The notes: generated by a model not told the origin, from the letters alone. A DNA stretch of 64,000 nucleotides from an uncultured delta proteobacterium (GCA_963814585.1 CAWFDF010000011.1:1-64000), one strand, 5' to 3'. Numbered from the stretch's first letter, positions 1 to 13,079 are shown. Made by a program: numbers and translations.

Positions 1-724
1 TGGCACTATGTTTTTGCTATTCCGGTGGCGAGGATTTCCCGGAAACCGATCAACTAAATATCAGGAAATCAATTGGGAACTTACCAGTTTGAGATGGATA
101 AAAGACTTTACTAAAATTACAACGACTTTTTACCTGAGCCATCCATGGGAAGATAATTCCGGTTTGAATTGGCACAACTGGCCTGACAACTTGCTTGGGC
201 TGCATATTAATTTTAAAAACGACAAAAAACTGATTACCGATTTTGTTTATGAATTTACCAATACACGTCAGCAAAGTATCATAGATTCCCTTTATTCACT
301 GGATGAAAATTCAGGACAATGGAAAATGAACGAATTTGATAATTATTACAATCACGGCATTTATCGTTCAGGGTTTACTTATACCAACAGGTTATGAGTT
401 CACCGCTTTTCTTTCCCTTAAAGTTGAGCAATGGCATTTCTCTTGGAATCCGTTCGAACCGTTTTTTTTCCCACCACATTGGAGCAAGAGGCAATTTTTC
501 GGAAAATATCAGTTGGAAAGGAATGCTTACTTATATTCAGCATCTGGGAGTATGGTCTAATTCCATATAAATCAAGTCAAAGTCAGATTTCAGGACTTTT
601 TGAATTGCGTTATGTCAATCCTTCATTTCCTGTAGAAATTGGATTTTCAACAGGATGCTGATTTTAGAAATTATAATGGGAAGAAACCTGGGATTTAAGT
701 TTCTCAATTACAAAAAACTGGTAA
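1..724 (+). CDS. Capsule assembly Wzi-family outer-membrane protein, 3' part (5'-truncated, several apparent frameshifts)
   Basis: HPWEDNSG, YEFTNTRQQS and DNYYNHGIYRSGFTY motifs in ORF 8..397; homology-like sequence continues in other frames (336..560, 431..661); lies upstream of a WecA-like gene. Confidence 0.6.
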
Positions 725-1123
725 ACCTTGTTAATTATTTAATGAATCCATAAAATGTTTATAAATAATTTGTTTAACTTTATTAGTTGGAATAAAAACA
801 AAATGTGAAAATGTGGACATAAAAAAAAAATTGGTCAGCTTTTTCATTTTATGTGTTAATAAAAAAAAATTGAATATGTTATTTTATAGTGTAATTTGCA
901 ATTTTATTTAAATGACATTAAATATTATTCGACTAAGAAAATTATATTGCACTTAAAATAAACCTTATCTATTAATTAATGTTTTTTAATCTTAAAGAAT
1001 GTTATTTCTTTAATTATAGAATTACAAATTGATTGAAGTTAATATTATTTTACTGAACTTTGGTGATTATTTTAGTTTGTTGATTTATTAGAGTAAATCA
1101 GGTTTTACACCCAAAATTTAGAT

Positions 1124-2223
1124 ATGGAACTTATTTTAACAATTGGAGCATTTATTATCGGATTTATTTTGGTAATGATTTCTATCCCTCCAATAATAAG
1201 AGTTGCTCATGCAAAGCACCTTTTTGAGCCATTCGAAGAAAGAAAAATACACACGAAGACTGTACCACCTATGGGAGGAGTTGCAATTTTTATTGGATTC
1301 ACCCTTAGCAGTATTATTGCGACTGATGGCATTAGTTTCGATGCCTTAAAATACATTATTGCATCTGTTATTATCATGTTCTTTATCGGGTTAAAAGATG
1401 ATTTAATGGATATATCTGCCCGAAAGAAATTAATGGTACAGATTTTTGCAGCAGTAATACTTATAACGTTGGGAAATGTTCGGTTTACCCATCTTCATGG
1501 AATTTTCGGAACAGGCGAAATTGGTTACATAACAAGTTTGATTTTATCGATTTTTGCAATGGTTGTAATAATAAATGCATTTAATTTAATTGATGGTATT
1601 GATGGATTAGCTTCGGCTTTGGCAATGCTTGCTGCAACCACTTTTGGAATTTGGTTTTATATTGCGGGTAATACACAGTTTTCAATCCTTTCATTTGCCT
1701 TGGTGGGCAGTCTTGCTGGTTTCTTTATTTACAATGTTTTTGGGCATCGAATAAACTATTTATGGGTGATACAGGTTCTTTAATTATTGGCTTGGTTATT
1801 TCAGCTCTGGTTGTTAAATTTCAACGAATTTAATATCGATAATTCAATTCTGTATGCTGTCCAGGCTGCACCTGCTGTTTCGTTTGCAATTATTATTGTT
1901 CCACTTGTTGATACATTGCGGGTAATGACCATTCGGATTTCAAATAAAAAATCGCCATTTTCACCGGATAATAATCACATTCATCACCGCTTACTGGAAT
2001 TGGTACCCAGCCATTTAAAAGTTACTATGATTATTGTAGCTTTTAATGCTGTTGGTAATTGCATTTGCATTGTTACTTAACCAATTGACATTCAATGTAA
2101 ATATTCAATTTGTGCTGGTGTTAATTCTGGGAGTGATTATTTTCATTAATACCATCTTTAATTTTGAGAATTAAATCTTCCGAAAAATTAAAAGATCCAA
2201 AACAAATCAATCAATTCACTTAA
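1124..2223 (+). CDS. Undecaprenyl-phosphate GlcNAc-1-phosphate transferase (MraY/WecA-like, glycosyltransferase family 4); apparent frameshifts near 1750 and 2055
   Basis: RKIH..VPPMGGVAIF, GLKDDL, NAFNLIDGIDGLA and PFSPDNNHIHHRLL motifs; many hydrophobic helices; ORFs 1124..1783 and 1787..2080. Confidence 0.88.
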
Positions 2224-3000
2224 GACACTGAATTCTTCTAATTCTCCCATCAATCCAAATACATTACCAACCATTACTTTAATTCCAGTTTCAATTGTTT
2301 TTTCATAATCAGGATTTAAGAGAGGTGAATGCAACGGAAATGGCTGTTTTCCCTCTGATTTGAGTTTCTTCATTAATTCCGGTTCTGTACTTCCAAGCCA
2401 GATAAGGCAAATTGGAATATTTCCAGAAGTCTTTCCATATTTCCCAAAATCTTCACCTACCATTGCAGGTGAGGTTTTTACAATATTCGTTTCACCAATC
2501 GTTTTTGTTGCTATATCCCTGATTTTTAAACTTAGATCATCATTATTGATAACAGGCGGGGTTTCAGCTTTTTCAATTTCCACCAGTGGCAAGCTGATCT
2601 TAGGCATACCAGCCATTTGTGCTGCCGACCTGCTGATTCTTTTAATGGCTGAAATAACTTTTTCAATTGCTCATCTGAATAATACCGGAGGGTAAGTTCC
2701 AGTTTTACTTCGTCAGGAATGATATTCGGCCGCGTTCCGCCATGAATTGAACCCACTGTAACTACGACAGGTTCCAGTGGACTGATTTCGCGGCTTACAA
2801 TGGTTTGTAAATCGAGTACAATTCGCGATGCAATAACAATCGGGTCAATGCATTTTTCAGGATATGCACCATGACCACCTTTACCAAAGACTTTTATTGT
2901 TGCAGTTTTAACACCGGCAAAAATTGGTCCTCCAACCAATCCGATTTTACCTGATTCAAGTTCGGGATTGATGTGGAAAGCCAATGCATAATCGGGTTTT
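2188..3000 (-). CDS. M20 family amidohydrolase, C-terminal part (5'-truncated at junction; apparent frameshift near 2670)
   Basis: KPDYALAFH, GKGGHGAYPEKCIDPIV, SIHGGTRPNIIPD, MVGEDFG and LHSP motifs. Confidence 0.88.
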
Positions 3001-4190
3001 GCCGCCGACGCCCCACGCCAGGTCGGGCAGGACCGCGATCAGGGCGACGCAGCACACCGCCGCCGCGGCGCACGCCGGGCACCCGGCGCCGCAGCGTGAC
3101 GACCGCGCCGCCGCCGGCGACGCGCGTAGCCCGGGCAGCGCCAGCGCCACCCACTTCTGGCCGTCGCGCAGCACGCCCAGGCCCGGCACCGCGCGGACCA
3201 TCGCCTCGCACCGCCGCCAGACCCGGGCCCGGTGGCCATCAGCGCGGGCACCACGACCGCGACGCCGGCCAGCACCAGCAGCGGCACGCGCCGCGCGGCG
3301 GCGGATCGCCGCCGGCAGGCCCACCGCCACCACGGCCGAGCAGGACGACCGTCGGCGACCAGCGCGAAAAGCGTTGTCCGCGAGCCGGGTACCGCCTCGG
3401 CGTTCCAGATGCCGCCGAGGCCGGCCAGGCTGCCCAGGGTGCCGAGGCCCGGTTCGGCGCGCGCCGCGAACGCCGCGACCGCCCGTCGGCCTGCGACGAC
3501 GACAGCGAGTCGCGCCAGCGCCGACGCCGCCAGCCACGGCAGCGCCGCGAGCACGCGCGGCGACCCAGCGGCACCGCCGCGCACAGCCAGCGCGACCGAC
3601 CCGCACCGGGCGCCGACGCAGCACGCCAGCGCGACCGACGGCGGCCAGCATCAGCCCGGTCGGCGTCAGCCCGGCCAGCGCGATCCAGAACACCAGCGCA
3701 CCGACCACCGGCCCACGCGGCTCCCGGTGTCGCGCAACCGCAGCACCGCCGCGCGCCACCCACGGCAGGCAGCCGTAGCCGACCAGCAGACTCCAGTGCC
3801 CCTGCAGCAGACGTTCGGCGACATACGGATTCCAGATCGCGAGCGTCGCCGCCACGAACTGGCCGGCGCAGTCCCGCGTCGGGCAGCACCGTCGCCGACC
3901 AGCCGCGCCGCACCCCAGCCGGCCAGCCACAGCCCGGCGATCAGCAGCGCCTTGACCACCACGCCGCCGTCGACGACCGTGCGACGCCAGCGCGACGAGC
4001 GAAGTCCTGCGGCAGCGCCCGCGGCGCGGCCTCGGACAGGCCGAGCGCCGCGTCGGACAGGTAGGACCGCGGCGTCGACACCGCGTCGCGCAGCAGCAGA
4101 TAGCCCGGGCGCCAGCAGCGGCGCCGGTCACCACCAGGGCCAGCGCCAGCGCGTACGCCGGCGCACCAGCGATCGGCCTGCGGCGCGGTA
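3001..4190 (-). CDS. Mycobacterial Rv0226c-like multi-pass membrane protein (3'-truncated at junction, several frameshifts)
   Basis: WNPYVAERLLQGHWSLLVGYGCLPW, GGIWNAEAVP, LRDGQKWVALA and LPDLAWGV segments; synteny with Rv0227c/Rv0228 homologues. Confidence 0.75.
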
Positions 4191-4197
4191 GACGCGG

Positions 4198-5411
4198 TCA
4201 GACCGGTCTGTCCGGCGGCAGATCGGTCGGCCGCTGCGCGGGCAGCTTCTCGGTCTTGCGCCTCGGCGCGCGGGCACCGGTCCGGTGTCGCGCCTCGGGC
4301 GTCCGAAGAAGCCGTGATCGGCCTCGTCGAGGCCGGGGTCGATCAGCGCGGACTCGGCGCGCAGGCTGAACGAGCCGAGCAGCGCGCCGCCGACCAGCGC
4401 GACCAGGCCGAGCGCGGTGAACGTGATCGGCAGGATGCGGCCCCACAGCGCCGACCCGGTCGCGCTCGTCGCGGGCGGCGGCCACCTGCGACTCGACGGT
4501 CTCCTCGTTGGAGGTCACCGTGTAGTCGACGAACGTCACCTCGGGCTTGAGCGCGTCGCGGGCGTAGTAGTGGTTGGCGTGCTCCTCGGACTTGACGATG
4601 GTGCCCGACACCGGGTCGACCCAGAAGGTGCGCTGCGCGGCGTAGTAGCGGGTCATCGTGATCGGCTCTTCGGGCTCGCCGGGCACGCCCCACAGCGCGG
4701 CGCGCGCGGTGACCTGCGCTGTCCTCGTCGTCGTCGTACAGCGACGCGTACTTGACCGGCTCGACCAGCTTGCCGTCGGCGTCGTAGCCGACGTTCTGGG
4801 TGAACCGGTAGGTGGTCAGCCCGTTGACGTCTTCTTCGCCGTCGTAGTTGGCGTCGAACGCCTTCTGCGCGATCGGGTCGAAGAACGGGTAGGTCTTCTT
4901 CTCGGTGTCGAACGGGAAGCGGTAGGCCAGCCCCTCGTGCGGCAGCGCGATGTTGGTCGGCGGCTGCGTCGTCCTCGATGCTGCGCGGCTTCTGCACCGC
5001 GCCGCCGGGGTTGGTGTCGCTGGACACCGCCAGCGCGGTCTTGCGGTTGAGCGTGACGGTGTCGACCATGCGCCAGCAGCAGACCGTTGTCCTGCTGCTT
5101 GTCGGTGCGCCGCAGCGTGGTGCCGACCTGCAGGGTCACCACGTCGGCGTTGGACGGCGACTCGACGCTGATCTGCTGCTGCAGAGACCAGCGGCACGTT
5201 CTTGTCGACGACGAACTTCTGGCGCGTCAGCGACGCCGGGTCGAAGCGCGGTGCCGGTGCCGTCGCTGACCAGCGTGGTGTCGATGTCGAGCGGGATCTT
5301 GGCGATCTTGCCCTTGGTGTAGGTGGACAGCAGCAGCGCGGCGATCAGCAGGGCGGCTCCGAGTCCCATGAGTCCGCACGCCGCGATACGCAGCGCCACT
5401 GCGCGGTTCAA
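4198..5411 (-). CDS. lmcA: DUF3068/PorA-family membrane-anchored protein, Rv0227c (LmcA) homologue; frameshifted
   Basis: LNRAVALRIAACGLMGLGAALLIAALLL N-terminal TM; KIPLDIDTTLVSDG, HEGLAYRFPFDTEKKTYPFFD and RTFWVDPVSGTIV; TTG start at 5411 after GGAGG. Confidence 0.75.
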
Positions 5412-5563
5412 ACCGTGCCTCCCTTCGCGTCGCCGGTCGAGCTGCCAGCAAACCCGTCTCGACCCTAACAGCACAAGCTAAGGCCGTCGCTTGACCCTAG
5501 CGCAGTCCGGTCGGTGGCCCGGTACCCGTTTCGCGACGATCATGCGGGCACACTGGTCGTGCC

Positions 5564-6757
5564 GTGAGCGACGCCGCGACGCGTGCGGCGCCGGACGTGT
5601 CGGCGGCACGCGCAGCTTCCTGCCCGCCGTCGAGGGGATGCGCGCCTGCGCGGCCATCGGCGTCGTCGTCACCCACGTCGCGTTCCAGACCGGGCACACC
5701 GGCGGAGTCACCGGCCGGCTGCTCGGCCGCTTCGACCTCGCGGTCGCGGTGTTCTTCGCGCTGTCGGGCTTCCTGCTGTGGCGCGGTCACGCCGCCGCGG
5801 CCCGCGGGCTGCGGCCCGCCCGCCGACCGGGCACTACCTGCGGTCGCGCATCGTGCGCATCATGCCGGGCTACCTGGTGGCGGTCGTGGTGATCCTGACG
5901 CTGCTGCCCGACGCCAAGGCCGACCTGACGGTGTGGCTGGCCAACCTGACGCTGACCCAGATCTACGTGCCGCTGACGCTGACCGCCGGGCTGACCCAGA
6001 TGTGGAGCCTGTCGGTCGAGGTCAGCTTCTATCTGGCGCTGCCGCTGCTGGCGCTGCTGGCCCGCCGGCTGCCGGTGCGGGCGCGGATCCCGGTGATCGT
6101 CGCCGTCGCGGTGGCCAGCCTGGCGCTGGGGGCTGCATGCCCGTTCGACGCCCCGTTCGGCGTCAACCCGCTGAACTGGCCGCCGGCGTTCTTGTCCTGG
6201 TTCGCCGCGGGCATGCTGCTCGCCGAGCTGACCGTCAGCCCGGTCGGGTGGGTGCACCGGCTGGCCCGGCGCCGCGGTGCTGATGGCGGCGATCGCGGTG
6301 GTCGCCTTCCTGGTGGCGGCCTCACCGCTGGCCGGGCCGGAAGGTCTGACGCCCGGGCACGGTGGGCCAGTTCATCGTCAAGACCGCGATGGGGGCGATG
6401 CGTGGCCGGCGCGCTGCTGGCACCGCTGGTGCTGGACCGACCCGACACCCCGCACCGGATTCTGGGCAGCCCGATGATGGTGACGCTCGGGCCGCTGGTC
6501 CTACGGCCTGTTCGTCTGGCACCTGGCCGCGCTGGCGATGGTGTTCCCGGTGATCGGCGAGTTCGCGTTCAACGGCCACATGCCGGTGGTGCTGGTGCTG
6601 ACGGTGGTGTTCGGCTTCGCGATCGCCGCGGTCAGCTACGCGCTGGTGGAGTCGCCGTGCCGGAATGCGTTGCGCCGCTGGGAGTACGACGAGTCACGAC
6701 GCGACACCGCTGGACAGCTCGGTCACCGACGAGCCCGAGCCTGCCGTCGCGCGATGA
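5564..6757 (+). CDS. tmaT: Acyltransferase-3 family membrane acetyltransferase, Rv0228 (TmaT) homologue; frameshifted
   Basis: FLPAVEGMRACAA.GVVVTHVAF, FFALSGFLL, RIVRIMPGY, QMWSLSVEVSFY and SYALVE motifs; divergent from the Rv0227c homologue as in M. tuberculosis. Confidence 0.78.
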
Positions 6758-8211
6758 CCTCGTCGCGCACCGCGGACCGGCGCGCCTTGCCCGCGTCGTC
6801 GCGCAGCGGCCGGTCGACGAACTCCACGGTGCGCGGCACCTTGTAGGCCGGCGAGCCGGTCGGCGCAGGAACGCGATCACCGCCGCCTCGTCGAGCGCCG
6901 CGTCGGTGCCTGCACCATCGCGTGCGGCACCTGGCCCAGATCGTCGTGCGGGCACGCCGACGACCAGGCAGGACAGCACCTCCGGATGCTCGGCCAGCGC
7001 CGACTCGATCTCGGCCGGGTACACGTTGCGGCCGCCGACGGTGAACATGTCGACCCGGCGGTCGGTGAGGTAGAGGAAGCCGTCCGTCGTCGAAGTAGCC
7101 GAGATCGCCCAGCGAGTCCCAGCCGTCGCGGCGTCTTGGCGGTGCTGCCGACGTAGCGGTAGGTCGGGCGCGCTGCCCGGGGCCGGGCGCATGTAGATCT
7201 CGCCGACCACGCCGGGCGGGCACTCGTTGCCGTCGTCGTCGAGCACCTTCATCTCGCCGGCGACGACCACGCCGACCGAACCCGGGATGGGTCAGCCACT
7301 GGTCGCCGGAGATGAACGTCAGCGCCTGTAATTCGGTGCCGCCGTACAGTTCCCAGACCACCTCGGGGCCGAGCAGCTCGATCCAGGCCTGCTTGATCGC
7401 CGGCGGGCACGGTGCGGCCAGATGCCAGAACCGGCGGATCGACGACAGGTCGTAGGCGTCCGGGTCGGCGCGGTAGACCGGCAGCAGTCGCTGCATGATC
7501 GTCGGCACCGTCGCCAGGAACGTGACCCGGTGCTCGGTGACCAGGCGCAGGAACTCGTGCGGGTCGAACCGCGGCATCAGCACCAGGTGGTGGCCCATGC
7601 AGCAGGCCCGATCGGCGAACGTGGTGAAACCGGTGTTGTGGCTCAACGGCACCGACAGCAGGTTGACGTCGCCCTCCTGCGCGCCCAGCGGATAGCCGAT
7701 CGCGGCGGGCACCCGGCTGTCGCCGCCCGCCTCGATCAGCTTGGGCCGCCCGGTGCTGCCGCCGGACGCCATCGACTTCCACACCGGCGACACCGCTTCG
7801 GGCAGCGGCGCATCGGACAGCGCCGGGTCGGGCGTGAAATCCGCTGGCACGCTGGGTGTCTACCCGCGCGGATCGGCGCGGCCGACGAGCAGCGCGCGCG
7901 GCCGCAGCTCCAGCAGTGCGGCGAACTCGGCGTCGGGCAGCCGCGGCCGACAGCGGCTGCGGGACCGCGCCCAGCTTCCAGCACGCCAGCACCGCCTGCA
8001 CCCACTCGATCGAGTTCGGCATCGCGATCGTCACGTAGTCACCGGTGCCGACGCCGAGTTCGGCGTAGGCGCGGGCCAGCCGGTTGGTCGACGGCGTCGA
8101 GCTCGGCTCGGGTGAGGGTGCGGCCGTCGCAGGTGACCGCGGGCGCGTCGGGGTCCGCGGCGGCCAGGGCGGAGACCTGGGTGCCGATCGGCGGGACAGC
8201 GCGTCGGCCAC
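6723..8211 (-). CDS. AMP-binding acyl-CoA ligase (bile-acid CoA ligase-like); frameshifted
   Basis: SGGSTGRPK P-loop, ELYGGTE, SLGDLGY, DMFTVGGRNVYPAEIE and DAGKARR motifs. Confidence 0.85.
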
Positions 8212-8212
8212 G

Positions 8213-9196
8213 TCAGTAGCCGCCCTGGGTGGCGAAGATCCTGCGCGGGTTGTCGACCAGCATGGTGGTGATCTGCTCGTCGGTGACGCCGCGCTGCTCG
8301 CAGCGCGGGGAGCACGTCGTTGTGGATGTGCAGGTAGTGCCAGTTCGGCAGCGACCACCGGCAGCAGTCTCTTCGGGCAGCGCAGTCGATGAAGCACGAG
8401 GCGTCGTGGGACAGCACCATCTTGTCGGCGTGGCCGCGCTCGCACATCGTGCGCCACGGTGTCGACCCGGTCCTCGAACGGCAGGATAGACGTCGACGCC
8501 GAACCGGTCCATCCCGATGTAGGAGCCGTTGGCGATCAGCTCCTCGAGGTAGCCGATGTCGGTGGTGTCGCCGCAGTGGCCGATGACGACCCGGGACAGG
8601 TCGACGCCCTCCTCGGCGAAGATCCGCTGCTGCTCGAGGCCGCGCCGGGTCGCGGCGTGGGTGTGCGTCGAGATCGGCACGCCGGTCTGCCGGTGCGCCT
8701 GGGCGACGGCGCGCAGCACCCGTTCGACGCCGGGGTCACGCCCGGTTCGTCGGTGGCGCACTTGAGGATCGCGGCCTTGATGCCGGTGTCGGCGATGCCC
8801 TGCTCGATGTCGCGGACGAACATGCTCGGTCATCGGTCTCGGGCCGCCGAGCAGCGTGCCCGGGCCGCGGAAGTGGAAGTACATCGGCACGTCGTTGTAG
8901 GTGTAGACGCCGGTGGCGACGACGATGTTGAGGTCGGTCGGCCGCGGCGATCCGGGCGATGCGGGGGATGTAGCGACCGAGCCCGATCACGGTGAGGTCG
9001 ACGATGGTGTCGACGCCGCGGACTTGAGCTCGTTGAGCCGCGCGATGGCGTCGGCCTCGCGCCTGGCTTCGTCGCCCCAGACCTCGGGATAGTTCTCCAT
9101 GATCTCGGGCGACAGGACGAACACGTGCTCGTGCATGAGCGTGACGCCGAGGTCGGCGGCGTCGATCGGCTCCGCGCGCGGTGTTCACCTGGGCAC
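8213..9196 (-). CDS. php: Phosphotriesterase-related metallo-hydrolase (Rv0230c/Php-like); frameshifted
   Basis: LGVTLMHEHVF, TIVDLTVIGLGR, ILKCATD, ISTHTHA, VIGHCGD, GMDRFG and LSHDASCF motifs. Confidence 0.85.
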
Positions 9197-9227
9197 ACGC
9201 AGCCGATGCTCAGGTCGCTCGACCGAC

Positions 9228-12200
9228 TCAGGGGCTGTGAATCGTCGTCGGTTTCGGTCCGACGGTATTCGGCACCACCGGAGGCCGCCAGCACGGCCGA
9301 CCGAGATCAGCGCCAGCAGCTGCACCCCCGCGCGAATGCCCGACGTAGCCGTCGACCGACCGCCACGGGTATCTGCGAGCACCGCGCCCGCCAGGATCAG
9401 CCCGCCCGCAGCGGTGCCGACGCGTCGACCGCGTCGCGACAGCGCGGCCGCGCGCGCAGCAGGTAGCCGCAGCCCGAGCGCGGCGCCGACGACCACCACG
9501 CCCGCCGACCCCGGAGATCAGCGCACCCGACGGCGAGCACCGCCGCGCCGGCGCCGACCGGCCCGGGCTGCCACGGGCTGCGCCGGCTCGTCCGGCGCGG
9601 ACGCGGCGCGCGCGGGCAGCAAGCGCCAGCAGCACCAGCAGCGGCAGCAGCGCCAGCCCGCCGACCAGCCCGGCCCGGTAGGTCGTGTTCGAGCGCGAAG
9701 GTCAGCGTGACGGTGCCCGACGGTGCCCGCGGGCAGCACCCAGCCCTGCTGCCAGCCGTTGACGGTGACCGGCGTCAGCGCCGCGCCGTCGTCGGTCGTG
9801 CGCGGTCCAGCCCGGGTTGACGCTCTCGGGCACCACCAGCACCCGCGCCGCCGTGCGACGGCGGCGACGTCGACCTCGCGGTGGTCGGCCGTCCACGCGC
9901 CGGTCGTCGCGGGAGTCGTTGGCGCCGCTGGCAATTCGGCGCGCCAGCGGGCCGGCCAGCTGAACCCCGTCGACGATGAACGCCGGCGCCGGGGCTGATC
10001 AGCAGCTCCTGCTCGCCCGGCGGGCAGCGCGATCGGGCTCGGCGCCGCAGGGCGTGGCCGGCGATCGGTTCGCCGTCGAGCAGCGCGCCGACGGTGGTGT
10101 TCACCGAGGTCTGCACGAACTGGCCCGGCGACGCCGATGATCGGGCCCTGTGCCGCACGGCGATGGTGATGGCCCGGGCCCGGTTGCGGGCGGCGTCGGC
10201 GGCGGCGATCGGCGCGCCGTCGGCGTCGAGCGCCGACGACCTCGGCCAGGCCCGGCGGCTTGACCTGGTCGAAACCCAGTGCGGTGCGGTCGATGACGTC
10301 GTCCCAGTCGAGCAGGCGACATCTTGATGGTGTCGGTGACCCGGGGCTTGAGCTCGAACGGTCTGCGGTGCCCGTCCGGTCCAGGCGGCCGCACCTGCGG
10401 CCCGTCGCCGAGGTCGACGGCCACCAGCGTCGGATGTGCGGGCAGCTCGGACGAACTCGGGGTCAGCCGCAGCGCGGCCACCTCCGTCGGGCGCGGGCAG
10501 CGTCAGCGTCAGGTCGGCGCGGCGTCCGGTGCTGCACGACGCGCTGCGGCGCGGTCCACGACGTGCGCGGGTCGCCGTCGGTGGCGGCGTAGGCGGAGCC
10601 CAGCACGTCGATCGAGTCGGCGTCACCGTCGGCGCGCGCGGTGCCCGGCTGGCGCGATCAGGTCGGCCAGGTTGGGGCCCTGGCGCGGCGCGCACCCACA
10701 CCGTCGGCGTCACCGCGATCGGCTCGGGCACCGTCAGCGTCCGGCTCAGGTTGACCGGCTCCTCGGGCGCCAGCGCCATGCGTCGCCGCGCACCGCACGC
10801 CGTCGGGGCCGTCGGCGCAGCCCGGGCCGGCCCAGCAGTTCGGAGCCCAGATCCCACTGCGCGACAGCCGAACCCGGCGGCGGGCCGGGCACCTCGACGG
10901 TGTGCCGGAGGTTGACCGGGTGGGCGAACCCGTTGGCGTCGTACTGGGTGACGGTGAGGTCGGTGATGCCGAACTGCACACCGGGGGAGCCGTCGTCGGT
11001 GCGCCGCCGCGGTGATCCGCACCCACGGCGTCTCGCCGTAGGGCAGCGCGACGGTCAGCGGCTTGCCCGGCTCGTCGAACCGCACCGTGCTGGTGCCGTT
11101 GACGGTCGACGACCTCGAGCCGTCGCACCTGCGCGCCGACGGCGGTGGCGCTCGGGGTGATGGTGAGCGTGGCGTTGGTGACCGGGTGGTCGAAGTCGAC
11201 CTGCAGCCACTGGCCGACCGCGGACTGCAGCGCGTTGGACACCCAGCTGGTCGACGGAGTCGCCGTCGATGGCCGCGGCCGGCGCCGGTCGCCGGCGCGA
11301 CGTTGGGCAGCGCGGTGGAATCCGCCGCCGAACTCGACACCGAGAGCCGGCCGCCGGTCCAGCCGCCGTAGACCGGGTCGGCGCCCGGCGGCCGGATAGT
11401 CGGGCACCCGGTTGAAGGTGTTGCCGCGCGTCGCCTGCGGCGCGGATCGCCGACGAGTGGTCGTCGACGCGGCCGTAGTCGGTTTCGCGGGCCACCGGGG
11501 TGTCGGTGACGGTGACGCACCGGGGCGCGGCAGCCCGGCGCGCGCGGCGTCCGCGGTCAGCAGCATCGGGCCCGAGCGGCGGCTGGCCCGAGCAGCCGGC
11601 GCCGCTCGTCGAGGCGCAGCAGCGCCTCGGGCCCGCCGTCGACGCGGGCCATCGCGTCGGCGTCGGTCAGATACGGCGCACCGGGACTGCCGTCGCGCGC
11701 GTCGACGCGGTAGATCTCGACCGCCGGGTAGCGCGGCCGCAGCCCGCTGTCGGTGATGAACCCGTCCAGCGTGCCCGGGCCGACCGGGTCGCCGAACTCG
11801 GCGACCTTCGTCAGGCCCGGCGAGCCGTCGATGGCGCGGTGCACCAGGATCGGACGCGCCGACCGCGACGTCTCGGGGTCCAGGTCGTTGCGCACGACCA
11901 CGTACGAAATACCTTGCCGGGCAAGGGTATCGGCGAGTCCGGCGGACGGCCGTCCGGCCGCGAACAGCCGCTGCACCGAGTCCAGCGCGCGGATGGTCTC
12001 CGGCGGGGTCAGCGGGATCGAGTCGCGCACACCCCACGGGCTGTCGCCGAGCACCTGCAGCGGTTCGTCGTGGCTGTTGCCCCACACCTGGGTGGCGAAC
12101 GGCGCGCCGGGCACCACCAGCACCCGGCCCGGCGTCGGGCTGCCGGTGTTGTGCTCGTCGAGCCAGTCGGCGGCGTCGTGCCAGTACTGCGGGATCGCGG

Positions 12201-12670
12201 CGAACGCGCCCGGCGGGGTCAGCCGGCCCGTCCAGGCCAGCGACGTGGCGGCGGCCAGCGCGACCAGCACCACGATGCCGACGGCCACCCGCTTGTCGTC
12301 CTCGGGGTGGGCGAACGCCCGCGATCCACACCGGCCGCGGCACGCTGCCCGGCAGCGGGATGCGGCCGAGCAGATGCGCCAGCCCGAGCACCAGCGGCAT
12401 CCGGATCAGCGGTTCGAGCTTGTGCACGTTGCGCAGCGGGGTGCCGTCGGCGTCGAGGAACGTCTGCACCTGATGCGCGATCGGCGAACCGAGGCCGCCG
12501 GAGTAGCCGAGCCGCCAGCAGCACGACGCCGATCAGCAGCATCGTGATCAGCCGGCCGCGGGCGGGCATCGACCGCAACGCCAGGCCGGCCAGGCCGGCC
12601 GCCGCCACCAGCGTGGTCGCCAGCACCGCCACCGACCCGGTGACCAGCGACGCGCCCGCGGTGGCGTTCG
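9228..12670 (-). CDS. aftD: Arabinofuranosyltransferase AftD (Rv0236c), 5'-truncated at junction; many frameshifts
   Basis: FLDADGTPLRNVHKLEPLIR, IPQYWHDAADWL, QVWGNSHDEPLQ, YVVVRNDLDP, F5/8-type AVGQWLQVDF and PESVNPGW/VNGWQQGW motifs. Confidence 0.88.
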
Positions 12671-12849
12671 TTGAAAACAAAAATACGGGGGAATTCCTTG
12701 CAATTCGCAACGGTCAAATCTATTACCCAAGTCAGCAAACAGAAATTAATAAACTGAAGGAACTCCAAACCTCTATGAACGGAAAACGTCGAGTGGTCCA
12801 TATCACGATCATTGGTGAGGACTTCAATGAATCTGGAGATAAGGAATGA
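12671..12849 (+). CDS. Hypothetical protein, C-terminal fragment
   Basis: Open frame ENKNTGEFLAIRNG...GDKE ending in TGA that overlaps the next ATG (ATGA). Confidence 0.5.
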
Positions 12850-13079
12850 GAAAGTTTTTCCTGGTTCGTAACAAAGATGTATCCGGTTGTTCAGGTACCG
12901 GAGTCGTTGCAGAGGGAGTTGTTTTTTCAGACGGGCAGGCCATCTTGAAATGGCTTCGTGAGCCATATTCGCTTGGGATTTACCAATCCATTAAACACCT
13001 GCTTAATGTGCATGGGCACGAAGGTAATACCAAAGTTCAATTTATCGATAGCCCGGTTCGTGTATCGAACCGGCGTTAG
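12846..13079 (+). CDS. Small conserved phage/MGE-type hypothetical protein (DVSGxSGTGxVAEG...HGH)
   Basis: 77 aa; FxLxRxxDVSGCSGTGVVAEGVVFSDG...W...HGHEGNT pattern that I recall from phage hypothetical proteins. Confidence 0.65.
   Translation: MRKFFLVRNKDVSGCSGTGVVAEGVVFSDGQAILKWLREPYSLGIYQSIKHLLNVHGHEGNTKVQFIDSPVRVSNRR

Noticed and set aside
725..1123. Regulatory RNA, ops/JUMPstart element or origin in the very AT-rich gap before the WecA-like gene
   Set aside because: No convincing repeat, hairpin or consensus element found by eye; consistent with an ordinary AT-rich promoter region.
11500..12849. ORFs spanning block junctions (also 2956..4134 and 28992..29684)
   Set aside because: Chimeric read-through across joins between unrelated sequences.
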